A DNA stretch of 64,000 bases from Kudoa neothunni (lineage: Eukaryota; Animalia; Cnidaria), in assembly GCA_964304625.1 (NCBI GenBank), contig OZ199840.1:209309-273308 (forward strand), read 5' to 3'. Under the pieces are notes generated by a model that worked only from the letters and a program-made list of their open reading frames with translations, had not been told where the DNA came from and did no database searches. Each line of letters opens with the position of its first letter. Within the stretch, counting starts at the first letter, position 1. Shown here piece by piece: positions 1 through 12,180 of the stretch. A program made the position numbers and the translations under genes.

Positions 1-1400
1 TAAATATGATAAGGGAAGAATGCCTAAAAATTGAACCTGAATACAACCAGTGTGTGGATGAGCAGATGATTCCAATTTAAAGGTAAGTCTGGCCTCAAGA
101 GATACTTGCCTTCGAAACCTACAAAATGGGGCTTCAAGGTTTTCACTAGAAATGGCTCTGGTGGTATAGTGCACGACTTTTTTTTTTTGAAGATGGGGAT
201 TTTTCCCTACGATGGTGAAAGTTCTGGTTTTCACTTCTTTGACATCGTATTAAAATTAGCAGGATCCATAAAGAACGGAAGCAAACATCATTTTTATTAT
301 GATAATTATTTTTCCACGTTATCATTACACTCGATTCTGCTGAAGATGGGCCATCATTCAATCGGTACAATAAGATCGAATCGTCTTAGAAATTGTCCAT
401 TTAGTGATGATAAGATGTTTAGGAAGCTAAAATGAGGAAAGTTACGAATATGCTTAACACCTTGACGGGTTGTTATAAAACAAACATTGCACGTTGGTTA
501 GATGGGTCAGCTGTAACAATGACATCAACCGCTCACTCTATTTTCCCCTTGAGTTCTATTGATAGATATGATCGAAAGGCAAAAAAGGTTATAAGAATTG
601 GACTGCCCCAATATAATTAAAATGTACAACCAAATATGGGCGGTGTAGATTTTTTTCGACATGCTAATGGTTCTGTGTAGACTTGACCACAAGTCCAAAA
701 AGTGGTACGAGAGAATCTTCTTGTGGGCGATAAACCAATGCATCCTTAACGGATGGCTCTCGTATAAACATCAATGTTCTTTACATGAAATCCCAACAAA
801 GAAAAGCTTGTGTTTGTTAGATTTCAGTGTTTACGGTAAGCGAACGATTGATGCATGAGAATCAAGTGGTAAGTGTTGCTAGTAAAAGAGGGAGGCCATC
901 CACATAAGGTATCACTATCTCGATCCCTATGTCTAGTAGAATCTATCATCTACCAGAATCAAAAGTAAGTGCTATTGTGCGTTTTAACGAAATTTCCTAC
1001 TTCCCTTCATGTACATCAACGAAAGTTAGGTGTAAATTGTGCGGAATGCACTCTAGAATTGTACGCATGAAATATAAAATTCATCTGTGCTTAAATATCA
1101 AAGGAAATTGTTATTTAAATTTCCACAAACAAAATTAGAAATATTTGTTGTTATTAAATGTGTTTAAATGTGCGTAATTTTAAGTGCAAAGAGGTCTTCC
1201 TACCAACCGCGCGTGCGCAATATTGTTTTGGGGATTAAGGTGTCTCCGAATGTTGCCACATGGCAACATTTAATTAGATATGGTTCCTAATAAAATATTT
1301 CCGAAATTTTTATATATGTTGTTTATTACTAAAAATATAGATATTTTTCCGCCTTTAAAAAAAATAAATTATTACAGCTTGATTTTCAGGCATGAAAGGG
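1..1400 (+). mobile_element. piggyBac transposon, 3' part with frameshifted transposase (same family as 42328-44723)
   Basis: Fragments CVDEQMIP, KPTKWGFKVF, YYDNYFS, GGVDFFDM and Cys-rich tail RCKLCG..HLC. Ends ...CATGAAAGGG followed by TTAA (1401-1404). Peptides closely match the minus-strand copy at 42.6-44.3 kb. Confidence 0.92.
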
Positions 1401-1943
1401 TTAAAGAAACTAGCCCAACATTACAACCAATAATCTTCTGATAGGATTAATTCGGACTATATTTAATTATATAGATGATACATCGTTACGATTCTAAGGA
1501 CCACAACTAATTACATATAACTGATTTATATAAATAAATTAAGTATATCATCTATAAGCACGAGTCGTTATTCTTTAAAATTAATATTGCGCGCAAGCGC
1601 ACACATTATCTAGGACGGCGCTTCTGAACAAAAAACAGGACCTCGCACCCCTTTGCATACGGTAAGGTGACTGACTCAAAATTTCTCAAAAATTAACTTC
1701 AATTTTGATCAGATCTCGTACTCCCAGTTGGGAACCACTGATTTAGGATTAAATTCGTTCGTAAAAATAGTCACACCCTGCTTAACACATTTTAATCTTG
1801 TTTGACGCAAACCGATCATTTAGGCTTCCCAACAAATTTTAGATAATCATTCTTCGCATCTATTTCGAAAATTTTCATAATTTTATTAAAGTCGGTAAAG
1901 ACTAAAGGAAAGATTCAATATATTTCTTCTTTATTATTTCATA

Positions 1944-1985
1944 AATAAATGTCGGCGGATTAATTAAATGTCGGCGGATTAATTC
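1944..1985. repeat. 19-bp tandem duplication AAATGTCGGCGGATTAATT x2 upstream of CARM1
   Basis: Seen directly. Further GGCGG/CCGCC motifs at about 1998 and 2300. Confidence 0.7.
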
Positions 1986-2384
1986 TTTTAAAACCTACCG
2001 CCACCGATAAAACTCCGCATGCCTTCGTAAGCTTATAATTTTACTTTTTAACAGCTTTGAATATCATTAAAAATAAAAAATAAATAATTTGCAAGTAAAA
2101 TATTCTCTTAAATAGATTGTTAGTTAACCTCAAATCATAAAATAATATAATAATAATAAATTTTCGCCACTTAAAATAAAGAGTATATTTATACAAAATA
2201 AGTTATTGTATTTAATATTAAGTAATTTGATTTATTATAGTAACTAATAACCTAATGCAATGTACGTTAAATAAGTCGCGCATTCATCAATCCATTAGAG
2301 GCGGATTAGAGGTGTCGTCCGGGAAAACTAATCTCGAACGCATTAAAATAAACTTGGAGCCAGCGATTTATTGTCCTTTTTAAA

Positions 2385-4797
2385 ATGAGCCATATTAATT
2401 TATTAAATTGTGTAACAATTGGGTAACTTTTGAAAAATACAATAGTTCGGCAGATTTTATGCTCCGCGCAAATACCAACAAAATACTCTCTTTATTAGTC
2501 GGACTGCAATGAATGAGTGTTCCTACAAATTGACTAATTTTGAAGTGACCTCTAATGGAGTTGATTTGCCGGGAGCTACTAAAGCTATTGATTGTTTTGT
2601 GACATTACAGTTAACCAATAATGACGCTCTCGTAGGCATCAAATTAGATGATTCAGCTGATCGAAGTAGAAATTTTGATTTTTGATCGTTCAAATTAATC
2701 TCCCATCTAGTTTACAAGTTGGGTCATAAAGAAATTCAATTTGTTCGCAACCACGAAAATCATTTACAAATTTCTACCAATTCTAATGTATTTAATTTTT
2801 GGTTCGAATCAGCTGAACAGAAATATGAGTTTGCCGAGCAATTGGAGTATTTGAAAGGATCGAATTTATCTCAGTTAAAAAAGAAATAATGTAAAATCCT
2901 CCATTTCAGCGTTTGACAAACGAACTGAAAAAGAAGCAGCCAAGATCTACTTTGACGTGAGTTGTAGTTGGATGTCAACATTTAACTAATAACCACTCAT
3001 CGAATGTAGTTTTATGCCCAACTCTCTCAACAACAGAATATGTTACAGGTAAGTTTGGTCTCGATTTCAACTCATAAGACTAACTCATGGCTCTGTTGAG
3101 CTAATACCATAATTCGTGGTTTTAGGATAGTATACGAACACACACCTACTTTGAAGCAATCATGCAAAATTCCATAGATTACAAAGACAAAGTGGTTTTA
3201 GATGTTGGAGCCGGTTCTGGTAAGCGTTTCTATTTCCATTTCTGTTTTAGTTGTGTACTGGTACTGACTCACAACTAATAACATCTTAGGAATTCTTTCA
3301 TTTTTTGCCGCCCAAGCAGGAGCTAAAAAAGTCTATGCTATAGAAGCTAGTGACGTCTCATTTTATACAAAAGTATTAATGCTTTCTCGACAATGAACCA
3401 CGTGTAAAAATTTTTATTATCGCCTAGAAATTAATCCAACATAACGATCAATATTCCAATGTCATTGAGCTTATAAAAGGCATGGTGGAAGAAGTAATAA
3501 CTCGATTTTTATGCGTAAACACATCACCACGTCGATTCCATTGTATATTGTAGATACAATTGCCTGAATTGGTCGACACGATTATATCAGAACCTATTGG
3601 ATATTTGCTGTTGAACGAACGAATGCTTGAATCATTCGTTCATGCGAAAAAGTTTTTAAAACCAGGAGGTATTAAGATGGGAGTGTCTATAGGCCCTTAC
3701 AATTTTAATCCTTTACGTATAATATTAATTATTGTTAATTGTCTTTGACCTTGAGAGTCAATTTATCTATGAAAAAATAAGTTGAGGAATCTGGGTGAAC
3801 CAAATAATGTTTATTACTATAAAGTATGAGCTATTAATGTTAAAATTGGACTCCGCACATACGCGTAACTTCTTCAGGATTAAATTTCTATGGGGCAAAT
3901 AAACACAACCACTAAAATATGACTTGAAAGGTTGCATATTATGTGAGTATATTTTTTGGATTAGGAAAAATATTTCCTTCATATTCTATCCTATACTTCG
4001 TGCCATTTACCAATGAATATCTCTATTCGTACATTAGTAGTAGATGCTCTTTTTGGTCAAATACCTCCTTTTATGGAATCGACTTATCAGTGCTTGGCGA
4101 AGATGCTCACAATGAGATCTTATCTCAACCTATTATTGTAGGGTGATATTTAAGGCAACTCATTTAATAATGTGCAATGTAGGATTGTGTTGATATTAAA
4201 TCGATTCAGTCGGTTCCTGGTGAATATCATTTCGACTTCACTGTTCTAAACGAGAGCGATTTTTCTCGGTATGGTTTATATCGTTAGTGGAATGAGTTTG
4301 ATGGAAAATTAACCATCTGTATTCCATTTTAGATTTGAAATACCATTTTCCTTTATCTGTGGTAATAGTGGTCTCACACATGGATTTGCTTTTTGGTTTG
4401 ACGTTGGATTTGCCGGATCGAAGTTTTTTTGCTTTACAACCCCATTATCTAAGTTATATTTTAGAAAAGAGATCTGGCTTTCAACCGCTCCCAACCAACC
4501 TACCACTCATTGGTATCAGGTGAGTGTTGGATGTTTATTAACGATCTTTCTGATATCTACTTGTGTCTCTAGGTCAAATGTCTTTTCAACAAACCCATCA
4601 ATTTTCAAATAGGCGACGTGTTAGTTGGGCAAATGATAATGATTCCAAACAAAAAGCAAAGTTATTTTATTGAAATAGAAGCATTTGTTGAGTCGAATCC
4701 TACGCTTGTTGCCAAAGCATATATTGATTTAAAGAATCCCATTGTTCTAGCAGGCTTTACTATGCCCCAAACCCTCTGTCATGTATTGCCCTTCTAG
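2385..4797 (+). CDS. CARM1: Histone-arginine methyltransferase CARM1/PRMT4, multi-exon (about 12 short introns)
   Basis: Spliced peptide [127 protein letters not shown] contains the SAM-binding motif I, double-E loop, THW loop and the CARM1-type QQQNM helix. TAG at 4795-4797. The 5' exons are less certain. One apparent +1 frameshift in the A6 run at 2877-2882. Confidence 0.93.
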
Positions 4798-4949
4798 CCA
4801 GCTTCAATTTAGCAGCGTGGATCAATAAGGAACGTTTTATTGTTACTGAATTTAATTTTCTTGATATAGCCTATAGAAATATTTTTTCCAGTCATCTTTT
4901 TTTTCGTAACCGATTATCTTGCATGATTTAAAGTGATTTAAAGGAGCGT

Positions 4950-5483
4950 TGTAACGTGCGTGGTTTTAATCGATGCTTGTGTTGCCGAGGACAGATAGAG
5001 CACATCTGTGTGACACTCGGGCCCAGAACCATGAGATAATGGGTTCGAATCCGCCGATGATCCGACTACTGTTTCCGTGTCGGTGGGTCTCTATCCCATA
5101 TTTGGGAGCTGTGGTTACAATGTACGCTCGCTGTGGAGTGAGGTGCATTAGCAGCCAAATTCGCGTGAAATGGGGTGAGCGTAAGTAAGAGTTGGAATCT
5201 CCGAGACACATTGAAACATCGAAAGGAAAGTAATTTGTAGGCCTCACAGAGCCAACGTCCTTAAAGGGATAGGGTTTGGGTGGCGGTCGCCCCAAGCCGA
5301 GGATGATTAGCGGGTTAAAGTCACACACTACCGCATAAGGATAAGGGCGGGGTTTCATGTTATGTCCTGCGGTGCCTAAAGCATTAATGGAAGAAGCCTG
5401 ACCAACCAAAATTCCACAACCTAATAAGTTGCGCCGGGGGTTTTACCTTGTAAAAAATGGTTTTCGTCGTGAACAAAATGATT

Positions 5484-5508
<25 letters not shown>
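4950..5508 (+). mobile_element. Candidate tRNA-headed SINE / non-LTR 5' relic ending at a (TA)n tract
   Basis: GC-rich island. tRNA-like GGGCCCAGAACC..GGTTCGAATCC (B box, 5042-5052), several hairpins, (TA)n at about 5484-5508. Confidence 0.5.
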
Positions 5509-5514
<6 letters not shown>

Positions 5515-5599
5515 ATAAAAACTAATCTTATTTGGCATGAATTATCATATTTATGTCTCTAATTTTTGGTGAAATAGTTTTTAGCAGATTGAACAAGTT

Positions 5600-5679
5600 T
5601 AAGGTGTATTTCGGCTGGGGCAAGTTAGTGATCCCAGTTGGTCACCCGCGTTCTGTTATCGTAGTTAGAACAGTAAGGG
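5600..5679. mobile_element. Orphan piggyBac-type terminus
   Basis: ...CAGTAAGGG|TTAA with an imperfect subterminal palindrome GTGATCCCAGTTGGTCAC. It lies near where the shared 3' flank of paralogue A ends. Confidence 0.45.
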
Positions 5680-5916
5680 TTAATAAATAATTGGGATCAC
5701 AAAAAACAAATTCAAATTTAATATATAATGGAGAAAAATCTATTGAACTCACATAATTAATAAAAACATTGGAGATCATATTTTCTCTCTAAAGTCGCAA
5801 GCGAAATTCAAAAAACAATAAATTCAACCAATGATTCAAAATATAAAATAATGCTACGTGATCGAAAAATTTCTATCATAAATATTACCTATAAACTATA
5901 GTTAACAAAAATTAAT

Positions 5917-8900
5917 TTAATCTCTTTTCTTCTTCAATACCACGATGCCAACTATTGCAATAACCATAACCACAGCAACGCATGCAATAATAATTCTAAA
6001 ATCAGTTAATTCAAATATCAGCATTTAAAAATGTTTACATTAGTTTGGTTTTATTCCTAAAAAATATTAAATTTGATAAAAGCATATTATTAAGCTCACC
6101 CTGAACTACTCTTTGCTCCTACGATATATAACATTAAATTACACTGTGAACAAATAATATACCTTGTTGTATGTCAGCACCGCCAAAAATTGTATCATCT
6201 TCAACACTGTAAACAGTCAAATAATAATCATTTCCATCAGGTAAATTATTTATTTTGAATTCTTTACAGGTCACAAAGGCAGCACATCTGTCTACGTTTT
6301 TTCTCATGCAAGATTTTACCACCGCATTAGACTTGACACTACTGTTACGTAACTCCCATCTGCATTTTGATTTATCGTTCATACTGGATGGAACTGTGGT
6401 GGTTACAATGAAACTGTCCCCATCACGTGTAATGACGACTGATATCAATTTTGAGGAGTCAGTTGGGTTTAATTGTGGTGCAGCTAATACAAGTTTCGTT
6501 TAAAAAATTCTTAATAGAGACATTAATTGTAATACTTGATTCTATAATATGCTCTTTTTGTGAAGATTTTCCAATAGCTGTGACTAAAATTTTGTATGTA
6601 TTTGCTGCTTCATACTCGGGAAATGTTATGGAACTGCAAAGGGGGTTTGAAGAACATGTGTTTGCGCTGTTCGCGACATCAGCAAGCTGTGTATCTGAAG
6701 TATCCGGAACTGAAGATTTCGCTATTGTCATTGGGCCACCATCTGCTACCATTGGCACAGCAATTCTAGCTATGTTGAGATCTGCGGAACTTAAACTAGG
6801 AGGGGCAGCTAAAGGGGGTGCTGGTGCTACTGGGGCGGTAACAGGTGTCGTTACTTTCGGCACCACAGGACATGTGTAATAGTCTGTGTAATCGTTACCA
6901 GTCTTCTTTTGTACGACATAACTGCAAGTTGCAGTTGGATCCACGGAATTTAATCGTGCCTTCAATGACAAACCATCCAATGTGATCTTATGTGTTATCG
7001 TTAATGTTGTTAATGCTATTAAGAATTTAAAGAGTAAATTATAATTTCAATAACCTGTTTGTATATTTGTGTAATCTTTTATGTCGTAATCCTTATGTGC
7101 AATCACCCTGATATCATAAGGTTTGTTTGGCTCGAGGTCTTCTATCGTAACTTGTTCACTGCAAATTCCTCTACATGGGGTGTTGCCATTGCATTTCGCG
7201 TGGAAAAAGCTATCTAATCCGGTTGGACTTATTAAATACTCACATGTAGGTTCATCTTTCTTTTGATCATTTGTAGCTGCGGTAGTAGCTATAGCTGTAA
7301 GAGAGACTGTCGTGTCTGTCTTTGTTGATGCGGTAGCTGAAAATGATTTGCTTGCTTCTTTTTCTTTATAATTCATTATTTTTTAATATAAGTATGATGA
7401 TTTACTTGTTCTTATGAATATATTTTCTTTATAATTCGTTGAAACACCATTTACTTCTAATGTGATCTCAATCATGTACGCTTTTCCCGGTGTAAGTCTT
7501 TGAATCACCAATTTTGTTGTGCAATCAGTTTTGCAACTGCCACTTTCTGTACTGGTATTATCGCATGTTGTTGTTGTTAAGGTGTCTGGTTTGATTTTGT
7601 CTGCTAAATAATGTTTAAGAGTACATTTATTAATTATTGGATCAGTTGTTCTTTTAAACAGGACAATATCAAACGACACTCCCTCATGTGTGTATTCTGA
7701 CAGGAATCCTGAAGTTGGTTCAGTAATTGCTAAATAAAATAAGAAAAAAATGCATATTAATATAAGGGTTACCAATTTTAGTTTGCTCGTAACCTATCAA
7801 ATTACCACTAGCAGGTTTTATGTCGTGATGCCTTGTTTGGATTAAAATTTTATAAATCTTTTTATCCGTGATACCATTAAGTTCGACGTACTTACATGGG
7901 GGCGTAACAATCTTTACCGGCACCACCACAAACGGACGTATATGATTGATCAGTTGCTGTATTCAAACCATCTTTTAGACGGAACAAACATATTTCAGAT
8001 GATAGGGAATTGGTAAACTTAACTCCGACTTTTCCTTCGGTTTTTTCTACAATATAAAACTGAGGCTCATACATGGCTATTTTTTCCTTCATATATTGAT
8101 TGGGCATATTGTAAAAGAAACCGGGATATTTTTCGCACCTCACCTCGTAATGCGGTAACAATAAATCAAAGTCAATTGCATTTGCTGTATTATAATTAAC
8201 ACAGTCTTCCCCCTTGGTACCATCTGCATATTTAATATCCTTATAATAAATAGGACAATCTACTGGTGCACATGTTTTTGCTGCCAATTTCAGTTTATTT
8301 GCATCGGCAGTACCTGTAACCATAGACACGCTAATTAGTGGACTAGCCAATAATGCTAAATTAAATTTCTTTCTATGATAAGTTAAATTTATTTACGTAT
8401 TGAATATCCGAACACTTTTGATCCAGCTCCACTAACTGCATTTTGAACATTAGCTGTTTCAATGTCAACATAAACATGTATGTATTTGGTTCTCGGTGAC
8501 ATCTTTTTGTAATCAAAGGTATTCGTATCAGTTTCACAGTCGACGACACATTTATTATTTTCAGCATCACTAACCTTAGCATTGCAGTTGTCGATGTTGG
8601 TAAACGCAGCTGGTGTCGTATTCGCAGCATTCGCTGCAATTTCTACTTCGTTTGATCGCCTTATAAGGCATTTTTTGCCAGCTCCATATTCAGAGCCTTC
8701 AAGTTTGATTTTAATTTCGTATGTGCTATCAGATGCTTTTTTAACAATCTGATATTTCAGAGTTTTATTTGGCGCTTCAGCTGCAGGAACAGCCGCAACT
8801 GCACCTGGAGGACTTGATATTACAACAGTATTTGCTATACCTGATATTAAAACACCTAAACTTACATTGGTATTAAAATTAACTCAGGAAGATACCTAAA

Positions 8901-8929
8901 ACAAGGTAGAGAAATCCAGCTATTTTCAT
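5917..8929 (-). CDS. Paralogue A of Cys-rich FN3-like type I membrane protein family (10 exons; one +1 frameshift)
   Basis: MKIAGFLYLVLG signal exon, same exon structure as copy C, ends IVVLKKKRD*. An extra G in the G5 run at 7898-7902 turns CYAPC into CYAPM*. Confidence 0.88.
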
Positions 8930-9133
8930 GGTTGACAATTAAATGAGCTACCAATTGATGGTTCGGAATACAATTGACCCGAATTCCACTCATCTGTGGA
9001 TATAATAATTCATTCATTGTCAGATAGCAAAACTTATGCTAGACAATAATTATTCAAGTTATTAAAAAATTTATCTAAACCAATTTTTTACCATCTAGCT
9101 CAAATCGGTGTGGTAGATTAATTACGACTTTAA

Positions 9134-10853
9134 CCCTCGAAGGACCGACCGTGCTGAAAAAACTTACGAGTGTAACAATGGGAATACCTCAGGTATCCCA
9201 GGTATTTTCTATGATAGCGATTGTATTCCCTCTTAATCTTTTTTAATCACAAAGAGTAAATTTATGGCTATTAAAAAAGTACTTGAATAATTAGACTAAT
9301 AAGTGAATCAATTTAAAATTTCTAGAACATTTCAATAAGCGTTACCTATATTATCTCTTACAATCCATCTTATTGTTAAATAATAAGATAGAACCACCTA
9401 ATCAAATCCGTTTCTATCGGTAGGAAATAAAATTAATGCTTATTAGTTCTTTTTTCACAAATAATAGGACAACCCTAACGAACCGCATGATTTACGCATA
9501 CGGTTGACCTCGGTAATCTATACGTTGATTGGTAGATTATATTTGATCTAATTCACTGAACGGAATAAAAATGTTATGGTCCAAGTTTTGATTAATGTTT
9601 ATTTTAGGGGTTTCTTGTTAAGCTATATTTTCCCAAAATTAGTTAATTCTTTCCTCTATGAAATTAATTTCGCGCCACCCTAATTAATCCTCCCGGGACC
9701 ATGCGGGGTCTTTCGAGATCCCATTTTCTTAAATCTGTGTTTTTACTTATCAAAATTCTAAATTCTAACTTATAGGTTCGTGTAATCTCCTATAATTATG
9801 TCGATTTTGTTTATATTATCTTTTGTAAAAAAGAGACGACATATATTCTGGTAAAAATATGTTCAATGTGTCGTCGGTTTATTAACACGCCTTAAAAATC
9901 ATGTCTTAAGCGAATTATCAAATTTTATCTTATTATATAGAAATAGAGTAATTATAATGATAGGAGTGAACACAAAAATACAAGGAGAACTTTTCGGTTT
10001 TGATTTCCCTCATGTTGTATAATAGAATTCCGATGATGTCAAAGGATAATTTTAGGGATTCACATTAATAATTACCAAAACGTGTTAATTCTCAATAATT
10101 AAGGGTGGTATCATATTTTTGATATGTTTTTATAACATTCATTAATGATCATAATTTATTAAAATATGACGCTTCAATTCGTCCTAAAACGCCCATATAT
10201 ATTTCCATTCTATATTCAATATTATCATAATGGATTAAATTATGCAATTTCGATTCATCTTAAAATATTTGATTAGTGTGGCGCAAAAGTAATTGAATGA
10301 AGAAAAGAATGTACTAATTTTGAGAAAATAGGCTAAAATGCAGTTTAGCCGAGAAAATATAACAATAAAAAACCCGCAAAATAAACATTAATTAAAACTT
10401 GAACCATAGCGTACATTTTTATTCCGTTCAGTGAATTAGATCAAATATTATCCACCAATCAACGTAGAAATTACCGAGGCCAACCGTGTGTGTAACCCTG
10501 TGGATGCATTGCCGTTTGTGTTATTATTCGCGAAAAGAATAACTAGGAAGCATTTATTTTATCTTCTGCCGATCGAAAATAATTTGATGTATTCGCATCT
10601 ATCTCATAACTTAGAAATTAGATAGATTGTAAGAGATTATGTTGGTAATGCTTATTGAAATGTTCTTGAAATTTCCTATTGATTCATTTATTAATTTGAT
10701 TATTCGGATATCATTTTGAATATTCATAAATATACTATTTGTAGATTTAAAAAATAAAGAGAAAATACAATCGCTATCATAGAAAACTTATGGAATACCT
10801 GAGATACCCCCATGGTTACTCACGTAAGTTTTTTGAGTACGGTCCTTCGAGGG
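9134..10853. mobile_element. Non-autonomous piggyBac-type element with about 490-bp imperfect inverted arms
   Basis: TTAA|CCCTCGAAGGACCG...CGGTCCTTCGAGGG|TTAA. Arms 9134-~9620 and ~10370-10853 are reverse complements. Paralogue B shows the empty site (GACTTTTAATGG at ~27047). Confidence 0.9.
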
Positions 10854-10859
10854 TTAATG

Positions 10860-11400
10860 GATGTAGTAGGAATATAAAGCAAAAAATATCAAAAAGAGTG
10901 AATGTTTCACTGTCACTTATCTTAAATAGGGGTTAACTTCCATCAGTTTTAATTGGTAAATTTCAAAATCCTGGGTGTTTTGACTGATTTAAACTTCTGC
11001 CGCATGAGTATTATTCAAAAAAACACAAGGATGATGTGTAGTAGATTTATAAACATAATTAGAAAGTTGGATCAAAGAATGATAGATGAGAGCAGAAAAG
11101 TTTTAATTTTGTTGGATTAATATCCTCTTCATCCCAAAAAATATTGATTTTTTTCAAATATCGAAATTATTTCCTGCAAAAAAAAAACAACTGATGTTCT
11201 ATCAACCTTAATTAAAGCATCATCAAATGCATTAAAAGTAAGGCAGGAATACACTGGCCAAACACACGGTTTTATGTGATGCTTTTATCACCGAAAAATA
11301 AACATTACCAGATTCAACCATGCCAATAACAAAACTTTGGGAGAGAATTACGCCAAAAACAATTCACAAAGAAATATTTTATGTATACATAATTAATCTT
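10860..11400 (+). mobile_element. pogo/Tigger DDE_1 transposase relic
   Basis: Degenerate VLIGKFQNPGCF..KLDQRMIDESRKVLILLD*YPLHP. Homologous to the minus-strand relic at 57.3-58.0 kb. Confidence 0.75.
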
Positions 11401-11742
11401 TTTAAATGAATTCGAAGTTTACGAAAATATATTTGACGATGATAACGCTGCAACGTGTGAGAATCGAAATAATGACAGACTTTTTTATAATGGGTTTTTT
11501 ATAATAAATATTGACAAACGAAGGTTTGTCAATATTGAAGGTGTCAAAAACGAGGATGTAGAGATAGGCTAAGAACATTTCCGGCAAAACAGATAGAGAG
11601 GTTGGATACGTTAGGTTTTCATAATCAATTAGTATCCGAGGAAGAAAGAAACAAGCAATTTTTCAAGGATAAAATCAATGTCGTGACCGATTATTTAGTT
11701 ATTTATTTATCTACTGCGTATGCAATAGGCGGAATTTAAAAC

Positions 11743-12180
11743 TTGTTCAATTGGTGTTTCTCTCAGCAGCAAATTATAGTTAAAACCAAACTAATAACTA
11801 CAATCAAGCATATCGCAGAAAATACCGTATATCCAATCAATAAAGTATATGATATTGCAACTAATCAAGAAGATTTCCAAAAATTGCTAAATATTCCCAA
11901 AAAGTCCGTTTATCAAGTGATTGGGGATATAAGAAAACGAAAGAGCATTGATTTAAATCCTGAGAAAAATCTTTGCGGATCGATAATGACCTTAAGAAAC
12001 ATAAATTTTTGTATATACGATTCTGGATCTGAGGGTAGTAATAGAATTATTATTTTTGCAACAGAAGAAAATCTTTCGCACTTAAAACATTCCAAATTCT
12101 GGGTTTGCGACGGAACGTTCAAGGTTGTTCCGAAAACGTTCTTCCAAATGTACACAATTCATGGTCGCGTTTTTAACAAA
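11743..12180 (+). mobile_element. Mutator (MULE) transposase fragment
   Basis: RIIIFAT..LSHLKHSKFWVCDGTFKVVPKTFFQMYTIHG, the first catalytic Asp motif of MULE transposases. Truncated. Confidence 0.82.

Noticed and set aside
5040-5230. Hammerhead ribozyme or functional tRNA in the GC-rich island
   Set aside because: There is no intact CTGATGA..GAAA core with the required stems, and the cloverleaf lacks an acceptor stem and a normal D arm.
6255-6879. Conserved antisense ORFs (MRSQLGL.., MNSLQVTK.., MFGSRSS..) recurring in each paralogue
   Set aside because: They are shadows of the near-identical sense exons. They start at TTG, have no independent motifs, and conservation is explained by the opposite strand.
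7898-7902. Slipped-strand phase variation in the family genes
   Set aside because: The runs are short, the positions differ between copies, and the same type of indel affects CARM1 and TEs. Sequencing error is the simpler explanation.
6134-8639. Reading the ORF clusters as an operon of small genes
   Set aside because: The gaps are 39-52-nt GT-AG introns in consistent phase, and the pieces join into one 869-aa frame.
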